Source of the DNA: the human T2T-CHM13v2.0 reference genome, Homo sapiens
Length of the DNA: 64,000 nt
Assembly: GCF_009914755.1 (NCBI RefSeq)
Contig: NC_060947.1
Strand: one strand, 5' to 3'
Below the pieces are notes generated by a model, which was given only the letters and a program-made list of their open reading frames with translations, ran no database searches and was not told where the DNA came from. This document shows, piece by piece, positions 14,300 to 31,229 of the stretch. The position numbers were made by a program, and so were the translations under genes. Numbering within the stretch: position 1 is the first letter of the stretch; each line of letters begins with the position of its first letter.

Positions 14300-15707
14300 C
14301 TCTCAACTCTTTGGCATTTGTGGGTGTGCTGCTCTGTGTCAACATTAGCTGAGGATTAACTGCCACGTCTCATTGACTCCATAATATTTTTGTAACTTGC
14401 ACCAACATTTTTTTTTGTTTCACTTTCTTTAGAGGGTTTGTGCAACACTGTTTTGACAACATCCCACTCTCTTCATAGATTGAACTGACAGTCTCTAAGA
14501 TGGCTGTAGATATACTGGGTCCTTTAACCAGAACAGGAATTAAGATGTTTTAAAACAATAGTGAGTTACAAAAGTCACTCCTTAAGCATATTTGATGAGC
14601 TTTCTACCTCTACTACAGATGATGTGCTTTGATGAAATAGTGTGCTTGCTGAAAGAAATGATGGTTTCAGATGTGTAAATTACACAAGAGAGGTTTACAA
14701 GGCCATCACGCCTGACCCATCTGAATTGTTTCCTGCAGAGGACACAAGCCTTTGGAAGGACACTTCATGGGCAGGGAGGACCTTCCTAAACAGGAGCCCA
14801 GACAGCATACTTGAAAGGTGATTAAAGAAAATTTCTTTTGTAAGTTACCTTCAAGAAGGAAAAGGAACTGCCTGGCTTATGAGGCCAAATAAATGGGCTA
14901 ATCAGAAATCAGACACTTAAAGCACAAAAGGAAAAGAAAGGAGATTAAGCAAGGCAAGAAGAGATGAGTCTGGGGTAAATTGGCACTTCCGCAGTGTACG
15001 AGGAGTGTGGCTGACACCCAGTAGAGGGAATGACCAGCTAGGTCACCTGGTAAGGCTGTTGGTGAGTTTCAGTCGAGCCTCCAAGGTGCTGAGGCACATG
15101 AAACACGGGCAAGTGTCATCCGTGTTAGACAGACAGGGTAATAAACAACGAAGGCAAAGGCACAGATTTGGAAACACCTTCTGAGTCTCGCGAAGTTGTC
15201 AAACTATTTCCAATTTCACTCTACTAAGTGTTCACATGAGAATGCTGATGTGTGGGCTGGAGTTCCCAGCAACGTCATCTTTTCCTGAGGCATGCTCAGT
15301 GGATCCCGGCCAGGAGGTCTGCTCCACAGAGCTTGGAGCGGATGATACACTTCCCCACGTGATTGCAAAGCAGTGGTGGCTTCTGTCTTATATTTATACA
15401 ACCAACAGGAATAACCTATTTTAGAGAAAACAGGCAAAGAAGGGAGCTGAGGGTAGTAATTTTGTAGCCTACTCTGTAATTTAGTCTGGTACTCTTTGCC
15501 GAAAGAGAAAATAGTTCCTCTGTTAACAGACAGTGGAGGATGAGAGAAGGAAGGATCAAACAATTTGGGCCCCGGTCCTAGAATTTCCAACGTGGTGGGA
15601 AGGGAGGGAAAATGTTGACTTCCCCCCTCCCATTTTAATATCATAGAAAACCAATGGTTATTCATGGAGATGACAGGCACACAGATTGAGATATAGATTA
15701 GATGGAT

Positions 15708-15781
15708 GGAGAGAGAGAGAGAGTGAAGTGGAGAGGAGAGAGAGAGATAGAGAAAGAAAGAGAGAGAGATTGAGAGAGAGA
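15708..15781 (+). repeat. (GA)n-rich simple repeat
   Basis: Imperfect GAGAGA runs seen directly. Confidence 0.9.
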
Positions 15782-15829
15782 TGGTGGCAGGGTGAGCAGC
15801 GCAATAATAGGATGAGAGGAGACAAGACT

Positions 15830-15980
15830 ATCCATCAAGAGCATAGACTCTGAAGCCAGACTGCTGCCTAGGATTGAGTTGCAGCCACCACTGACTAGCA
15901 GGTGACCTTGGGCAGGTTATGGAACCTCTCTATGTCCCAGTGTTCCCATCTATAAAATGAGTTAGTAAGAGTACATACTT
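15830..15980 (+). mobile_element. MIR
   Basis: GTGACCTTGGGCAGGTTA...CCCATCTATAAAATGAG core. Confidence 0.7.
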
Positions 15981-17051
15981 TGTGGGGCCTGGCAAAGAGT
16001 AAGCTGGAAAAAGTTAGCTTTTATTTTATTCTTATTAGTATAACTTCCCAGGATATTACAAGAAAACAGATGAGAATTCTCTATCCCAGCCTGAGGTAGT
16101 CAGAGAGAATCACCCCTCAGGCCAGGGGAGGTGGTGGCCTGAAACGAGTCTTACCTGATGAATGGGAATTAGCAAGTGAGGAGGGAGATGACATTTACAT
16201 TCTAGGCAGAGGAGAGGGGTTTGTGGGTGAGAAACAGAGTGCTTGTAAAGAAGTAAAGAAGGCTTTCAAGTGATTTGGCGGGAGAGAAAGGGAGAGAGAG
16301 AGAGATAATTTTTTGAATCCCAATTATTTCCATGTTTCAAAAATAAACACATATGGAAATCATGATTTTTTTTCAGTCCACAGAAAATGAAATACAAGGA
16401 GATTCAAGAACATCTTGTCTCCCCAGGGATCTATAGACCACAGTTTGGAAATCACTGTTAGTGTGTGCTGTATCTTAGACCCAGGCCCTGCTTCCCTTCA
16501 ACAGCACCATTTAGGAGAGTCACTGAAGGTTTTCAAACAGAGGAACCATGATGGAAATGACTCTTCCACATCTATTTCGATCTCTTTCCAGTGTGCCTTT
16601 ATGTATAGTACAGAAATAGAAAAACTACATTTCCCAGACTCCCTTGCAGCTGTGTAATTTAAGTTACACCAATCAGATGTGGTCATGTTAGACAAATGTT
16701 AGAACTCATTTAAGTGGGGGAAAGAGGCATGGTAGGTGGTTTCTATTTTGCAGATACAGGTTGCAACAGGTCTGGGATGATTCTGAAGCCAAGGATTCCA
16801 GCAGTGGTTTCCTGATCCCCAGATTACACCTGAGGGCAGCCATCCTGGAGACAGCTGCTGAGAGGGCAACTTCCTGATTTGCCCACACAACTCCTTCCCA
16901 AGGATGGTGGCTTGCCGGCAGCAAACCCAGTTAACACATGTCTGATGTCTGCAGTATTCTGGACCCAGATCCTGTTAACAGCACTATCCAGTTCAGGGGC
17001 CAGCCTCACTGTCTGCCTCATTTTCCACTGCCTGTGGCCCTCCATTAGAGT

Positions 17052-17183
17052 CCTGTAATCCCAGCTACTCAGGAGGCCGAGGCACTTGAGCCCGGAAGGC
17101 AGAGGTTTCAGTGAGCCGAGACCGTGCCACTGCACTTCAGCCTGGGTGACAGAGAGAGACTCCATCTCAGAGAAAAAAAAAAA
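17052..17183 (+). mobile_element. 5'-truncated Alu right arm within an old LTR-like region
   Basis: CCTGTAATCCCAGCTACTCAGGAGGC...GACTCCATCTC plus A-tail. Confidence 0.88.
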
Positions 17184-18336
17184 GTGAACTGTAGCCCTGG
17201 ACTTGAGGTGGGTGGCCTATGACAGGCCAGGGGTGGAAGGAGTTTCCTCTAGTCCTGGACAGAGTCCCCATGCGCAATGTGTGGGCTGTGCCCTGTACAC
17301 AGGCACCTGGCAGAGGGAATGAGTGGGAGCTGAAATCCAGCCCATGTTCCCCTTGCCAAGCTGTGGGTCCCAGCATGGGGCTGCATGCTCCTGGAGGACG
17401 GGTTGCCTTTAAAAATCCACATTAAGGAGTCGTAGGTGCAGCCCTAGTTCCAGGTGATCAAACAGAGAGGAGAGGCCCCAGCGCTGCCCGTTCCAATGCC
17501 TTTTGATACCCAGAAGGGTGTGCTGTCCCCCACCCTCAAGCCACCAAAGGATGCAGATGTGTGCAGAGCTGTTGTCCCAGCCCTTTCACAGCTCTGCAGT
17601 TTGATCTTTTATTACAAAACCGCATGGAAGGGGCAAGGTGGCATTGGATTTGTTATTGCTTCCTCTGCTAAGTGTTTTAATGCCATGAACTGCATGTTAC
17701 AAACTCTGCAATCATTCTTTGGACTTGGAAAATTGCTTAGGACAAAATAGTTCATCTCAAGAGAGGATGTGGGGAGAGGAGAGGAGGAGGAAAAGAGGAG
17801 GAGACAAAGTCCTCTTGGAACACAAACCACCAGTTTCCCTTCAAGAGTGACTAACTGCATTTGATCTTTGTTCCTTGCCCAGGGAACATGTTCAACAAGT
17901 ATAAAACTAGATCATTTTTTGTTTATAGAAATGCTTTGAAGGCTCCAGGCCCTTCTGCTGTAATAGCAGCCTAGGCCATGTTTTCTACTGTCCTGAACCA
18001 CATCCACTGAGAACAGATAACAGGTCAAACCAGAAGAAGCTGCTCGAGCACTGAGGCCTTCCTTCTGCTGTTAACCAGGCACAGCCTCCAGGAAGGGGGG
18101 CACAGAGAAGAAGCCTGTGTTGGCAACAGCCTGGGCACAGGCCTGTGCATATTGGGGCAAGAAAAATGAGCATGCATACAAGAGAGTATGGCAGATAGAA
18201 AGTTAGCTTTAAGGAATTTTGACCATAAATGTAAATCACCAAAACCACTTAAAGAAAAGTGTCAAAGCAAAGTAAAACACCATGCTGAAGTTTGTTTCTT
18301 CCATCTGTAGCAGATGCTTTGGTACCCCACTCATAA

Positions 18337-18712
<376 letters not shown>

Positions 18713-18932
18713 TAAGACTGTCTCTGAACACCAGAGCAACTCTCAAACAGTGCTCTTGCTTTTCAGGTGGGGTTCTACCTTGTCACCCAGAGTATCAGCA
18801 GGATTAAGTTCCAGTTGCCCACAATGGTAATTCACTTGATGACACACCATTAATGGCTTCTTCCTTCCCTTCTTTGTTTCACTTCCCCACTGCCGTACTG
18901 GTGTTTCCTGAAATTTCCTTCCAAGTAAACTA

Positions 18933-19247
18933 CGGGTACTCCTTGACTTATGGAGGGGTTACATCCTGATAAACCTATTGCAAGTTGAAAATACTGTAAG
19001 TCGAAAGCACATTGAATACACCTAACCTCCCAAACATCATAACTTAGCCTAGTCTACCTTAAACATGCTCAGAACGCTTACATTAGCCCACAGTTGGGCA
19101 GAATCATCATGAAGCCTATTTTATAATAGTGTTGAATAATCCATGTAATTTATTGAATACTGTACAAAAAGTGAAAAACAGAATGGTTTTGCACCATCGT
19201 AAAGCTGAGAAATCCAGAGTTGAACCATCTTAAGTCAAGGACTTATG
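18933..19247 (+). mobile_element. MER47-like Tigger (Tc1/mariner) fossil
   Basis: Terminal inverted repeats CTCCTTGACTTA...TAAGTCAAGGAC, TA flanks, MER47A-like body. Confidence 0.78.
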
Positions 19248-19299
19248 TAGATGATCTTGCACTGGAATCCTTATGTCAGCACCTATCTTTAGGAGAACG

Positions 19300-20174
<875 letters not shown>

Positions 20175-20620
20175 CTAAAACATCCTCCAACCTTCATCCA
20201 TTTTATTAAAATTTGCCTTTTCCCTTATATGACAGGTATAATTTTCCTCTAAACTGTTCACTTTAAAAGTCGACACAAAGTTGGGGTAGCTCCTCCATCC
20301 AAACAATGAGTTTGATATAAGGCATATCTAAGTTTTAAAAAATCCTTGTGATTCTAAGGAACTTTTCCAATTCTTTGGTAGATTGGAATTTATTGTGTTA
20401 GATATTTGTCCTGTTATCTGAATGATAACTGGGTCTCAGCATTGTATTATCTGTTACGTTATATGAGTAGGGCCATATTTTAAATATTTTAGGGGAATTT
20501 AGAACTCAAACTAATTCTCTTGCGACCCCTTTTATAAAGCAAGCCTACATTTATGAATTCTTTTTTTTTCCTTCAAATGAACTATATCCACCTTGATATT
20601 TCATTGTTAAGTCTTAAATT

Positions 20621-20750
20621 TGAGTTGAGCACTGTGGCTTGTGTCTGTAACCCCAGCTATTCAGGAGGCTGGGGCAGGAGGATCGCTTGAGGCCAGAAGT
20701 TCAAGACCAGCCTAAGGAACATAGTGAGACCACATCTCTAAAAAAAAAAT
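20621..20750 (+). mobile_element. Alu monomer (FLAM-like)
   Basis: Single left-arm-type unit with A-tail. Confidence 0.8.
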
Positions 20751-20759
20751 AGTAATAAA

Positions 20760-21350
20760 ATCTAAGTGTAATTTTGTATCTGTGAACCAACCTCTTCATA
20801 GCCCTACTCCCCTCTCTTCCTAGCCTCTAATAACCATAGTTCTGCTCTCTATTTCTATGAACTCAACTTAAACATTTTTAAAATTGTTTTTCATGTTAGA
20901 GATGGGGTCTCGCTGTGTTGCCTGGGAGGGAGCGCAGTGTTTATTCACAAGCGTGATCATAGTGTACTGTAGCCTCAAACTCCGGGGTTCAGATGGTCTT
21001 CCTGCCTCAGTCTCCTGAGTAGCTGGGATTACAGGCAGGTACCACCACACCAGGCTCAGATTTTTAAGCTTCAGTATATGAGTGAGAACATGCAGTATTT
21101 ATCTTTCTGTTTCTGACATTTCATTTAACCTAATTTCTTCCAGGCTCATCCATTGCTACAATGACAGGGTTTCATTCTTTTTTTACAGCTGAATAATATT
21201 CTATTATGTATATATGACAAATTTTCTTTAGGCATTCATTCACTGCTGAGCATTTAGGTTGTTCCCACACCTTGACTATTGTGAATAGTGCCGCAGTGAA
21301 CCTGGGGGTGCAGATAGCTCTTTGATATACTTATTTCCTTTCCTTTGAAT
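20760..21350 (-). mobile_element. L1MA-like 3' fragment containing a reverse Alu monomer (~20890-21057)
   Basis: ATATGAGTGAGAACATGCAGTATTTATCTTTCTG reverse L1 3' motif. Confidence 0.78.
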
Positions 21351-23213
21351 ACTCTTAAAATGCTATTTCTCATTTGCCACTTAGCCTATTGCCAAGGACC
21401 TAATACAAAACCATCTGAAATACAATATTGATGGTATACAGCCTACAGGAAATCATTTTTGTTCCCAAACGTCAGGACTACCGTAATATTTCTTTTTCTG
21501 TCATTAATTTGTTGAGGAATGCTGGATAAATCACTGTGACTCTGCAGTCTTCAGTTTTTCCAGGGTATTGAACAATAAATTAATATTTGAAATTGTATAA
21601 AGCAAAGAAGGAATAGGACTATATCCATTTCTTAGAAGCAAAATGTTGGGGCTTATTTCAGTATAAAAGTAATATACACATAGAGAAAAGTAGAAAAATT
21701 CAGAAAAGCAAAAGAAAGAGCAGAAAAGCACCTATATTTCTATTGCATAAAAAACTTAGCATTACATTTTAGTTAATTTTCTTCCAATCTTCATGATGTG
21801 TACAGGTTTTGCGTTTTCATTATCATCATGACATAAAAAGGTTCTATGTTATTATCTCTTGTAGGATGTCATCATCTTAATAGAAGTATGAAATGCCAAT
21901 GAGTAGATGTGCCATAGTTTACCTATTGAGTTTCCTATGTTCAGACACTTTCCCCTATTGGGTGCTATTATAAGTCATACTCAGCAGAATTTAGTTTGTG
22001 TTATAGGATGTTTCCCCATTGTTATTTCCCAACAATTGTTAATCCTCATTCATGATGGACAGATCCCACACTCCATAGATAATGGGTTTCTATTACTGTC
22101 TTCCACACATATTGTAGTACTGGGTGCTTGCTCTGTGCCAGGCACCTTGCTAGGGCCAAAGATGAATAAGACGCAGCACCTATCTGTAAGGAGCTTGCAA
22201 TCTGGAAAGGGAACACAGATCTGTAATCCACAAACAACAACAACCCAGTAAGAGAGCTCTACACAGGGTATTATGAAAGCACAGAGGAGCAAGTCTCTGA
22301 CTCTAGCTAAGGAAGGGTTTTAGAAGCATAGGAGTAAGAATTTTCCAGACAGATGGCACAGATAAAAGAAATAAGAAAATAAATCAGGATAATGTGACAG
22401 CAGTGGGAGGAAGGTGACCACAGTAGACAGGGTGGCTAGGGAAGGCCCCTCTGGAGAGGTGACATTTGAACTAAGACCTGAATGACAAAAAGTTTCCAGC
22501 CATTTAAGGACCTAGTGCAAAAATGTTTATGGCAGAGGAACAGCAAGCACCAAGGAGACTTGAGTAATCTTGGCTCGTTCAAGAAAGACCATGGTGAGAA
22601 TGACATAAGTGAAAGGGCCAGTAGTAGAGCTGACCTCAGGGAATGGGAGAAGAAGGTAAAGTGGGCCGAATGAAAGGATTGCAGGACAGGTTTGAGAGCT
22701 CAGCTGATGTTAAAGCACATCAATCAGGAGTGGCACCAATTTATAATGTATAAGCTTCCCTGACTTTTTCAACTGCTTAGTAGTCGTAGGAATAGAGAAG
22801 CCAAATAGTTGGATTGATATATGGCTGGATATATCAAGTGTACCAAAGCAGAACAAGCGTAAACAAAAAGACAATGGGGCAAATAAGTGGAACATACTGG
22901 GGTGGAGAGTGTAGTGTTGTATACTCTAAGTTCTAGGCTGAATAAGAAAAGAGTAGAAGGTATTGCAGCACTATTCACAATAGCAAAGACTTGGGCCAAA
23001 CCCAAATGCCCACCAATGATAGACTAGATAAAGAAAATGTGGCACATATACACCATGGAATACTATGCAGCCATAAAAAAGAATGAGCTCATGTCCTTTG
23101 CAGGGACATGGATGAAGCTGGAAGCCATCATTCTCAGCAAACTAACACAGGAACAGAAAACCAAACACTGCATATTCTCACTCATAAGTGGCAGTTAAAC
23201 AATGAGAACATGT

Positions 23214-23594
23214 TGTTGCAGGATTGTTAAGGAATCAGAGAGACTGATGGGGTTCAGGAGGATATTTATTATTTAGGTGCACCAGCCCAGTCGGATTAAC
23301 ATCCAAAGGACTGAGCCCTGAACAAAGAGTTAAGTTACGTTTTAAGCATTTTGTGGGGCAGGGGGAGATCTGTGCAGGGGGAAGCATATTACAGAAGTGA
23401 GAAACAAAGACAGTTATTCAATTAATTGAGATATTCATTACATCATTTCTTACTTTTCAAGGAAAAACATGTTTTGCGACTTGAGTTTATCTGTCTAGTG
23501 ACCTTGCAGCTGCACAGCTAGAGAAACAGGGTCTTCACAATGCCTAGGAAAGGAGGAGAGATAAGGCTCACTAGCCACAGAAAAACAGGCAGTT

Positions 23595-23638
<44 letters not shown>

Positions 23639-23813
23639 AGACGGAGTCTCGCTCTGTGGCCCAGGCGGGAGTGCAGTGGCGCAATCTCGGCTCACCAGGC
23701 AGTTAATTTTTAAAGGACTCCAGCTCTTTCTCTTTCTCAGGGGGAATTGGGTTTTCTTACATATACTGAGTTTCTGCTTACACGTTCTTTAATTTATTTT
23801 AATTCCTGTTCCA
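23214..23813 (-). mobile_element. Endogenous retrovirus solo LTR (family not determined)
   Basis: Non-L1 block splitting L1 at GAGAACA/TGGACAC; minus strand TGGAAC...CAACA termini and AATAAA near its 3' end; flanking ACATGT/ACATGG. Confidence 0.75.
23597..23695 (-). mobile_element. Heavily 5'-truncated young AluY (58-bp body plus 41-nt tail)
   Basis: Pure T41 run; perfect TSD CAGGCAGTTAATTTTT (23586-23601, 23696-23711). Confidence 0.92.
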
Positions 23814-24286
23814 ACATGGACACAGAGAGGGGAGCTTCACACACCGGGGCCTGTCAGGGGGTTGGGGGCAAAGGGAGGGAGAGCATTAGGAGAAATACCT
23901 AATGCATGTGGGGCTTAAAACCTAGATGACGGGTTGATGGGTGCAGCAAACCACCATGGCACATGTATACCTATGTAACAAACCTGCACGTTCTGCGCAT
24001 ATATCCCGGAACTTAAAGTAAAAGAAAAAAGAAAAGAAAAGAGTAGAAGGTGAAAAGATTGGGAAGAGGTGGGTGTGACAAACAGGCAGAAAACTGAGGA
24101 CTGTGGGATTGGAGGCCTTAGAGCAGATGTCATAGAAATAAGGTAGAGGGAAAGCTATAAGGACAAAGGGTCGGACCCTGAAAGTAGAATACTGGGGTTT
24201 AAAACAGCAGAGTTCCAACAGCTTTGGGTGATGTCAAGGTCCATGGCTAAGGTGAAATTGAGGTGATGGTTAAAGAGGAAATCAGA

Positions 24287-25440
<1,154 letters not shown>

Positions 25441-25819
25441 CATTTTCTTAATGAAATAGGATGCAATAGAATAGAGTAGAAAAAAAAATCTTGACATCTC
25501 AACTTAGGTGCCATTTCCTCAGGAAGTCTTCCCTAACTAGGTCAAATTCCCCTGTTGGTACCTCTCCTTTGTAGCACTAAGCACAGTTGAAATTTTGAGT
25601 TTATTTGCATGACAGTTGGATGAATGTTAGGATCCCAGAATGTGAATATAAATCCATTGCACCTCCAGCACCTAGCATAGTGCTGGACACATAGCAAGTG
25701 ATTTGTAAATATCTGTTGAAGGAAGCTGGTAAGTCAGGGGCCAAAGTTCTAGATAAAAAGAACAAAGTAACCTAGAGGGAAAGGAATAAAATGAGGGCTC
25801 TAAAAATAAAGGTCTCTAA

Positions 25820-26502
<683 letters not shown>

Positions 26503-26722
26503 CACTGGGTTGCCTTTTTAAAAGAAGTAGAATGGAATCGAGTAGAAAATATCAGTGTTTTGCACATAGCAAGAGAAAAATTTTCATGATTTTTGTTTAA
26601 ATTATATACATATACATGTATATGTGTATTATGCCTTGATTTTACTGTGGGTTTCAATAAAAAAATTGAGACACTCCTGTACCATATCGAACATTTATGA
26701 CTGTACTGTAATTCTTTTCTGA

Positions 26723-27266
<544 letters not shown>

Positions 27267-27643
27267 GCTTGCCGTCTCTATTAAAATACTTTTTAGCTTT
27301 TAAAATGTATCAACAATTATGATTACTTCTAATCATTTATGATTAAGAAGCCCGGGAAGCCAATGTTTAGTTGTGTGGCAAAATACATGCCTTTAATTTA
27401 ATTTCTTTTACTGTGAGTTACTTCAAAACAGTTTAATTCTAAGATTTCTTCCAGTGTGTGCAGCACATCATATGTGTTTAACAATTCTTTTATTTGGCAA
27501 GTATGTGTGGTGGGAAACACAGGGGCTCTGGAGCCAGTAAGGTCTACAAGGAATCCTGACTCGATAGCCTAGCAGCTGTCTGACATTTGGCAAATTTGTA
27601 TATTGAGGTCTTGGCTTACTTGTCTAGAAAGTGGAGAAAATAA

Positions 27644-27726
27644 TATCAGGTGGAACCTTATGAAATTGCCATGTGTAGAGTCAAAAGTGGTCAAATATCA
27701 GCAATTTCATATGGTTGAACCTAATA
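27644..27726. mobile_element. MADE2-like mariner MITE within a MIR
   Basis: ~80-bp palindrome: AGGTGGAACCTTATGAAATTGC...GCAATTTCATATGGTTGAACCT with TA flanks. Confidence 0.8.
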
Positions 27727-28166
27727 ATTACTTTATAGGTTGGTTGTGAGGGATCAAACAAGATAATATTTGTTTAACATCTGGCATAATGCTTATTAAA
27801 TGTTACTGTCCCCTTTGACAAAGGTGAAAAATATTCGTGTCAATGTTTAATTTTCTCTTTTAAACTGGCAGCATATACATTGGTCCATTGCACATTACTT
27901 CCTTTATATCTTGCCTTGTTCCAGAAAGGATCTAAGGAGACTCTTTTGCGCATAATTGGTGCTAAGTAAATATCTGAATACTGGTGAGTTAATGCTATTT
28001 AGTTTTGGCTCCTTGTTTATTTATGAGCCATAATGTGCTAAACTTACTAGAATGTGATCAAACACTGGAGAGTCCAATTTGGACTCATCTTTTCCAAAAG
28101 AGTTTGTAACAATGTCTTCTTTTATGCTTCTAAAACAAATTATTCTTTCCTACAAGCCAGCCTATG

Positions 28167-28380
28167 CAGTGGTACCTGGTAAATATTTAACACTAGGCTT
28201 TCTGGAAGGGGGCTGAGTAGGAGGTGGAGTTGATTTGTACCGTTTGTCAATTTCTGGGGTATGAATACCTCTCATTACTGCTGATTTCAGGCTACCAACT
28301 TGACTTTGCCAAATGCAAAGTCGGGAGGGTATGTGTGCAATCAGCTCTTTTGGGCTAGTACCAGCCGGCTTCAGGACTCC
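28167..28380. mobile_element. hAT fossil (MER63-like)
   Basis: CAGTGGTACCTGGTAAATATTTAAC start, GCTGATTTCAGGCTACCAAC body. Confidence 0.5.
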
Positions 28381-28920
28381 TCTGGCCCCAAGATACATGA
28401 AACCCCCATCTGAGAACAGTGCTCTATAGACTGGAACTGAGAGCGTAGGTAGGGTAGTTGATTTGCATTTATGTTGCTAATCAAGAAGTTTTAAGAACAA
28501 TTATGGAACATTTTTGAAAAACACAGCTAAACAATACCTGGAAAATTAAGCAAAAACAATAATTACAGTGTTTATTGCTATCTTAGTTCTGTACGACATT
28601 TTCTTCTCCTTAAATTGCTTTTCTTGATGAGACAATCTGCAGGGCTTTGCTCTTCTTTTTTTTTCCTTTGGCGGCCTATTATTTTAATAACTAAAATACT
28701 AAGTAAGTATTTCCAGGAAAAAAAGTACTATGTAATTTTAGTTATTGACCCCATGTGCTTACTGACTCAGATATTGAGAAACTTCTTTTTGGTGGGACTG
28801 TAGACTCAAAGATGGATTTTTTTTTTAAATCCAAAGGAATGTGAATCAAAAATAGGGGAATTTCTGAGGATATGGATCGTTTTATAACTTATGTGTTTTG
28901 AGATTTTAAAAAATGATTCA

Positions 28921-29294
<374 letters not shown>

Positions 29295-29884
29295 TTAGAA
29301 ATTGGTGGCATTTTTTTTTTTGGTTGTCACAATGATTGGGGGAGCCTATTGACATTTAAAGGGTGGGGGAGAGTGAGTCTAGAATTGGAAATAGTCCCAT
29401 GTTCCAAATGACCTTCACATTTCCTGCTGAACCTTCATGTAGGTGAAAATAAGCACCTAATTTTCCAACAAGTTGAATACTATACCAGTTGAAGGATGCT
29501 TGCATTTAGTTTTGACTAGAACTTTCCAGTGTTCCATGGTTTCACCATGTTGGAAAGTCACAGCAACATGGGCAGAAGCGCTTTTGTGATTTGAGTTGCC
29601 ACTAAAGCACACTTGTGTCAGTCCGCATCACGAGCTGTCACTCACAGATTAGTGTGAGCATCTGACTACTTTTTAATGTCTTCTAGTGTTGCCATGCCTG
29701 AGGGTTTACATTTTAAGGTGTATGTTATTTCATTATACATTACTTTGCTTTTACTTCTCCTTTCTACTAGGACGTTATGTTGGTCTTTTATAATTACGTG
29801 TAAGAGTATGTGGTATCACTTATGAATTTCATCTCAGGTTAGTACAGGGGGGCTACTATATATGGGCTTTAAAATGGATCATTA

Positions 29885-30178
<294 letters not shown>

Positions 30179-31061
30179 GGATCATTAGGTGTGAGACCAC
30201 TGTTTCAAATAACTAATCCTTAAGTATAGTATGACATTACCTTTTCTGTTTCCAAGGCACCCAACATCTCTGCCCACCATCTGACATCAGAGCGGTGTTT
30301 TCATATTCCCTTGGCTTCAAGACTGTAAAAAGATTGTTCAACTCTGCCCTAGTCCCTACCATTTGTGGTCTAAAGTAACAATTTTATCTATTTTCGTGGT
30401 CATGATGCGTACAGCTTCATCATTTGTTCTTCAGAACATTTGGTGCCCTCTTGGAAAATCACATAATCAAAAAGTCCAGTGCATTGAATATTTAAGGCGG
30501 TTTTTAAATTAAGTGAACCTAAATTTCCTTAAGTTTAGAATTTTCCCCTGAGGAATTTGGAAGTAAGCATTAACAAACACATCGATTTAGTCTTATGCCG
30601 TACACATTGGCAATAAACACCCTGGTAAGAAAATAAGCAGTTAGTGTTATGTGCACAATAGCAAAAAATAAATATATACTTTGGGCTGGATTAAAATATG
30701 AACCTAGAGATCATGTTGTCAACGCAGTGAAAGAGAAAAAAATGCATCGCCAGTTAATAAACCTGTGATAAATATGCAGGGCTGAACTTTGGCTGGATTG
30801 CAAAGTAGCTTGTATTTGTTTTCAGCACTTCCATCTTCCTTCTTGGGTGCCCTGTTCTACCCCCAGGACTCCCCATAATCACAAGCCTAGGGCCTTCACT
30901 CAACACAGAATTAGCAAACATTTTAAAGCTACTTCTGTATGCCAGGCATCGTGATAGGCGCTATCGAATTCTTTTCTGATCTGAAGGCGTCTTCCTGTCA
31001 GAAGGAAAGGGGTCTGATAAACTTTTTTCTCCCTCTGTAACTCTCGAATCTTTTGAAAGTA

Positions 31062-31125
31062 TTTGGTTGGCGCAAAAGTAATTGCACCAACCAAATTACT
31101 TTCAAATACTTTTGCGCCAACCTAA
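31062..31125. mobile_element. MADE1 (Hsmar1 MITE) with rearranged centre
   Basis: TIR arms GGTTGGCGCAAAAGTAATTGC and TACTTTTGCGCCAACCTAA, TA flanks. Confidence 0.85.
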
Positions 31126-31229
31126 TAGATGGGGTATTTTAGAGACCAGGATAGCGGTTATCTTGGACAAGAGGGAGTTGCTGGAAAGGGCATGAGGGCT
31201 TCTGGGGTGCTGGTAATGTTGTGTTTCTT

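Larger units (their letters stand above)
22962..24033 (+). mobile_element. 5'-truncated L1PA 3' end, interrupted by a solo LTR
   Basis: ATTGCAGCACTATTCACAATAGCAAAGAC...GAACTTAAAGTA plus tail; 18-bp TSD AAGAAAAGAGTAGAAGGT at 22944-22961 and 24034-24051. Confidence 0.92.

Noticed and set aside
15216-15680. 154-aa minus-strand ORF in unique sequence
   Set aside because: Non-ATG start, no recognisable domain, no splice or poly(A)/TSD context
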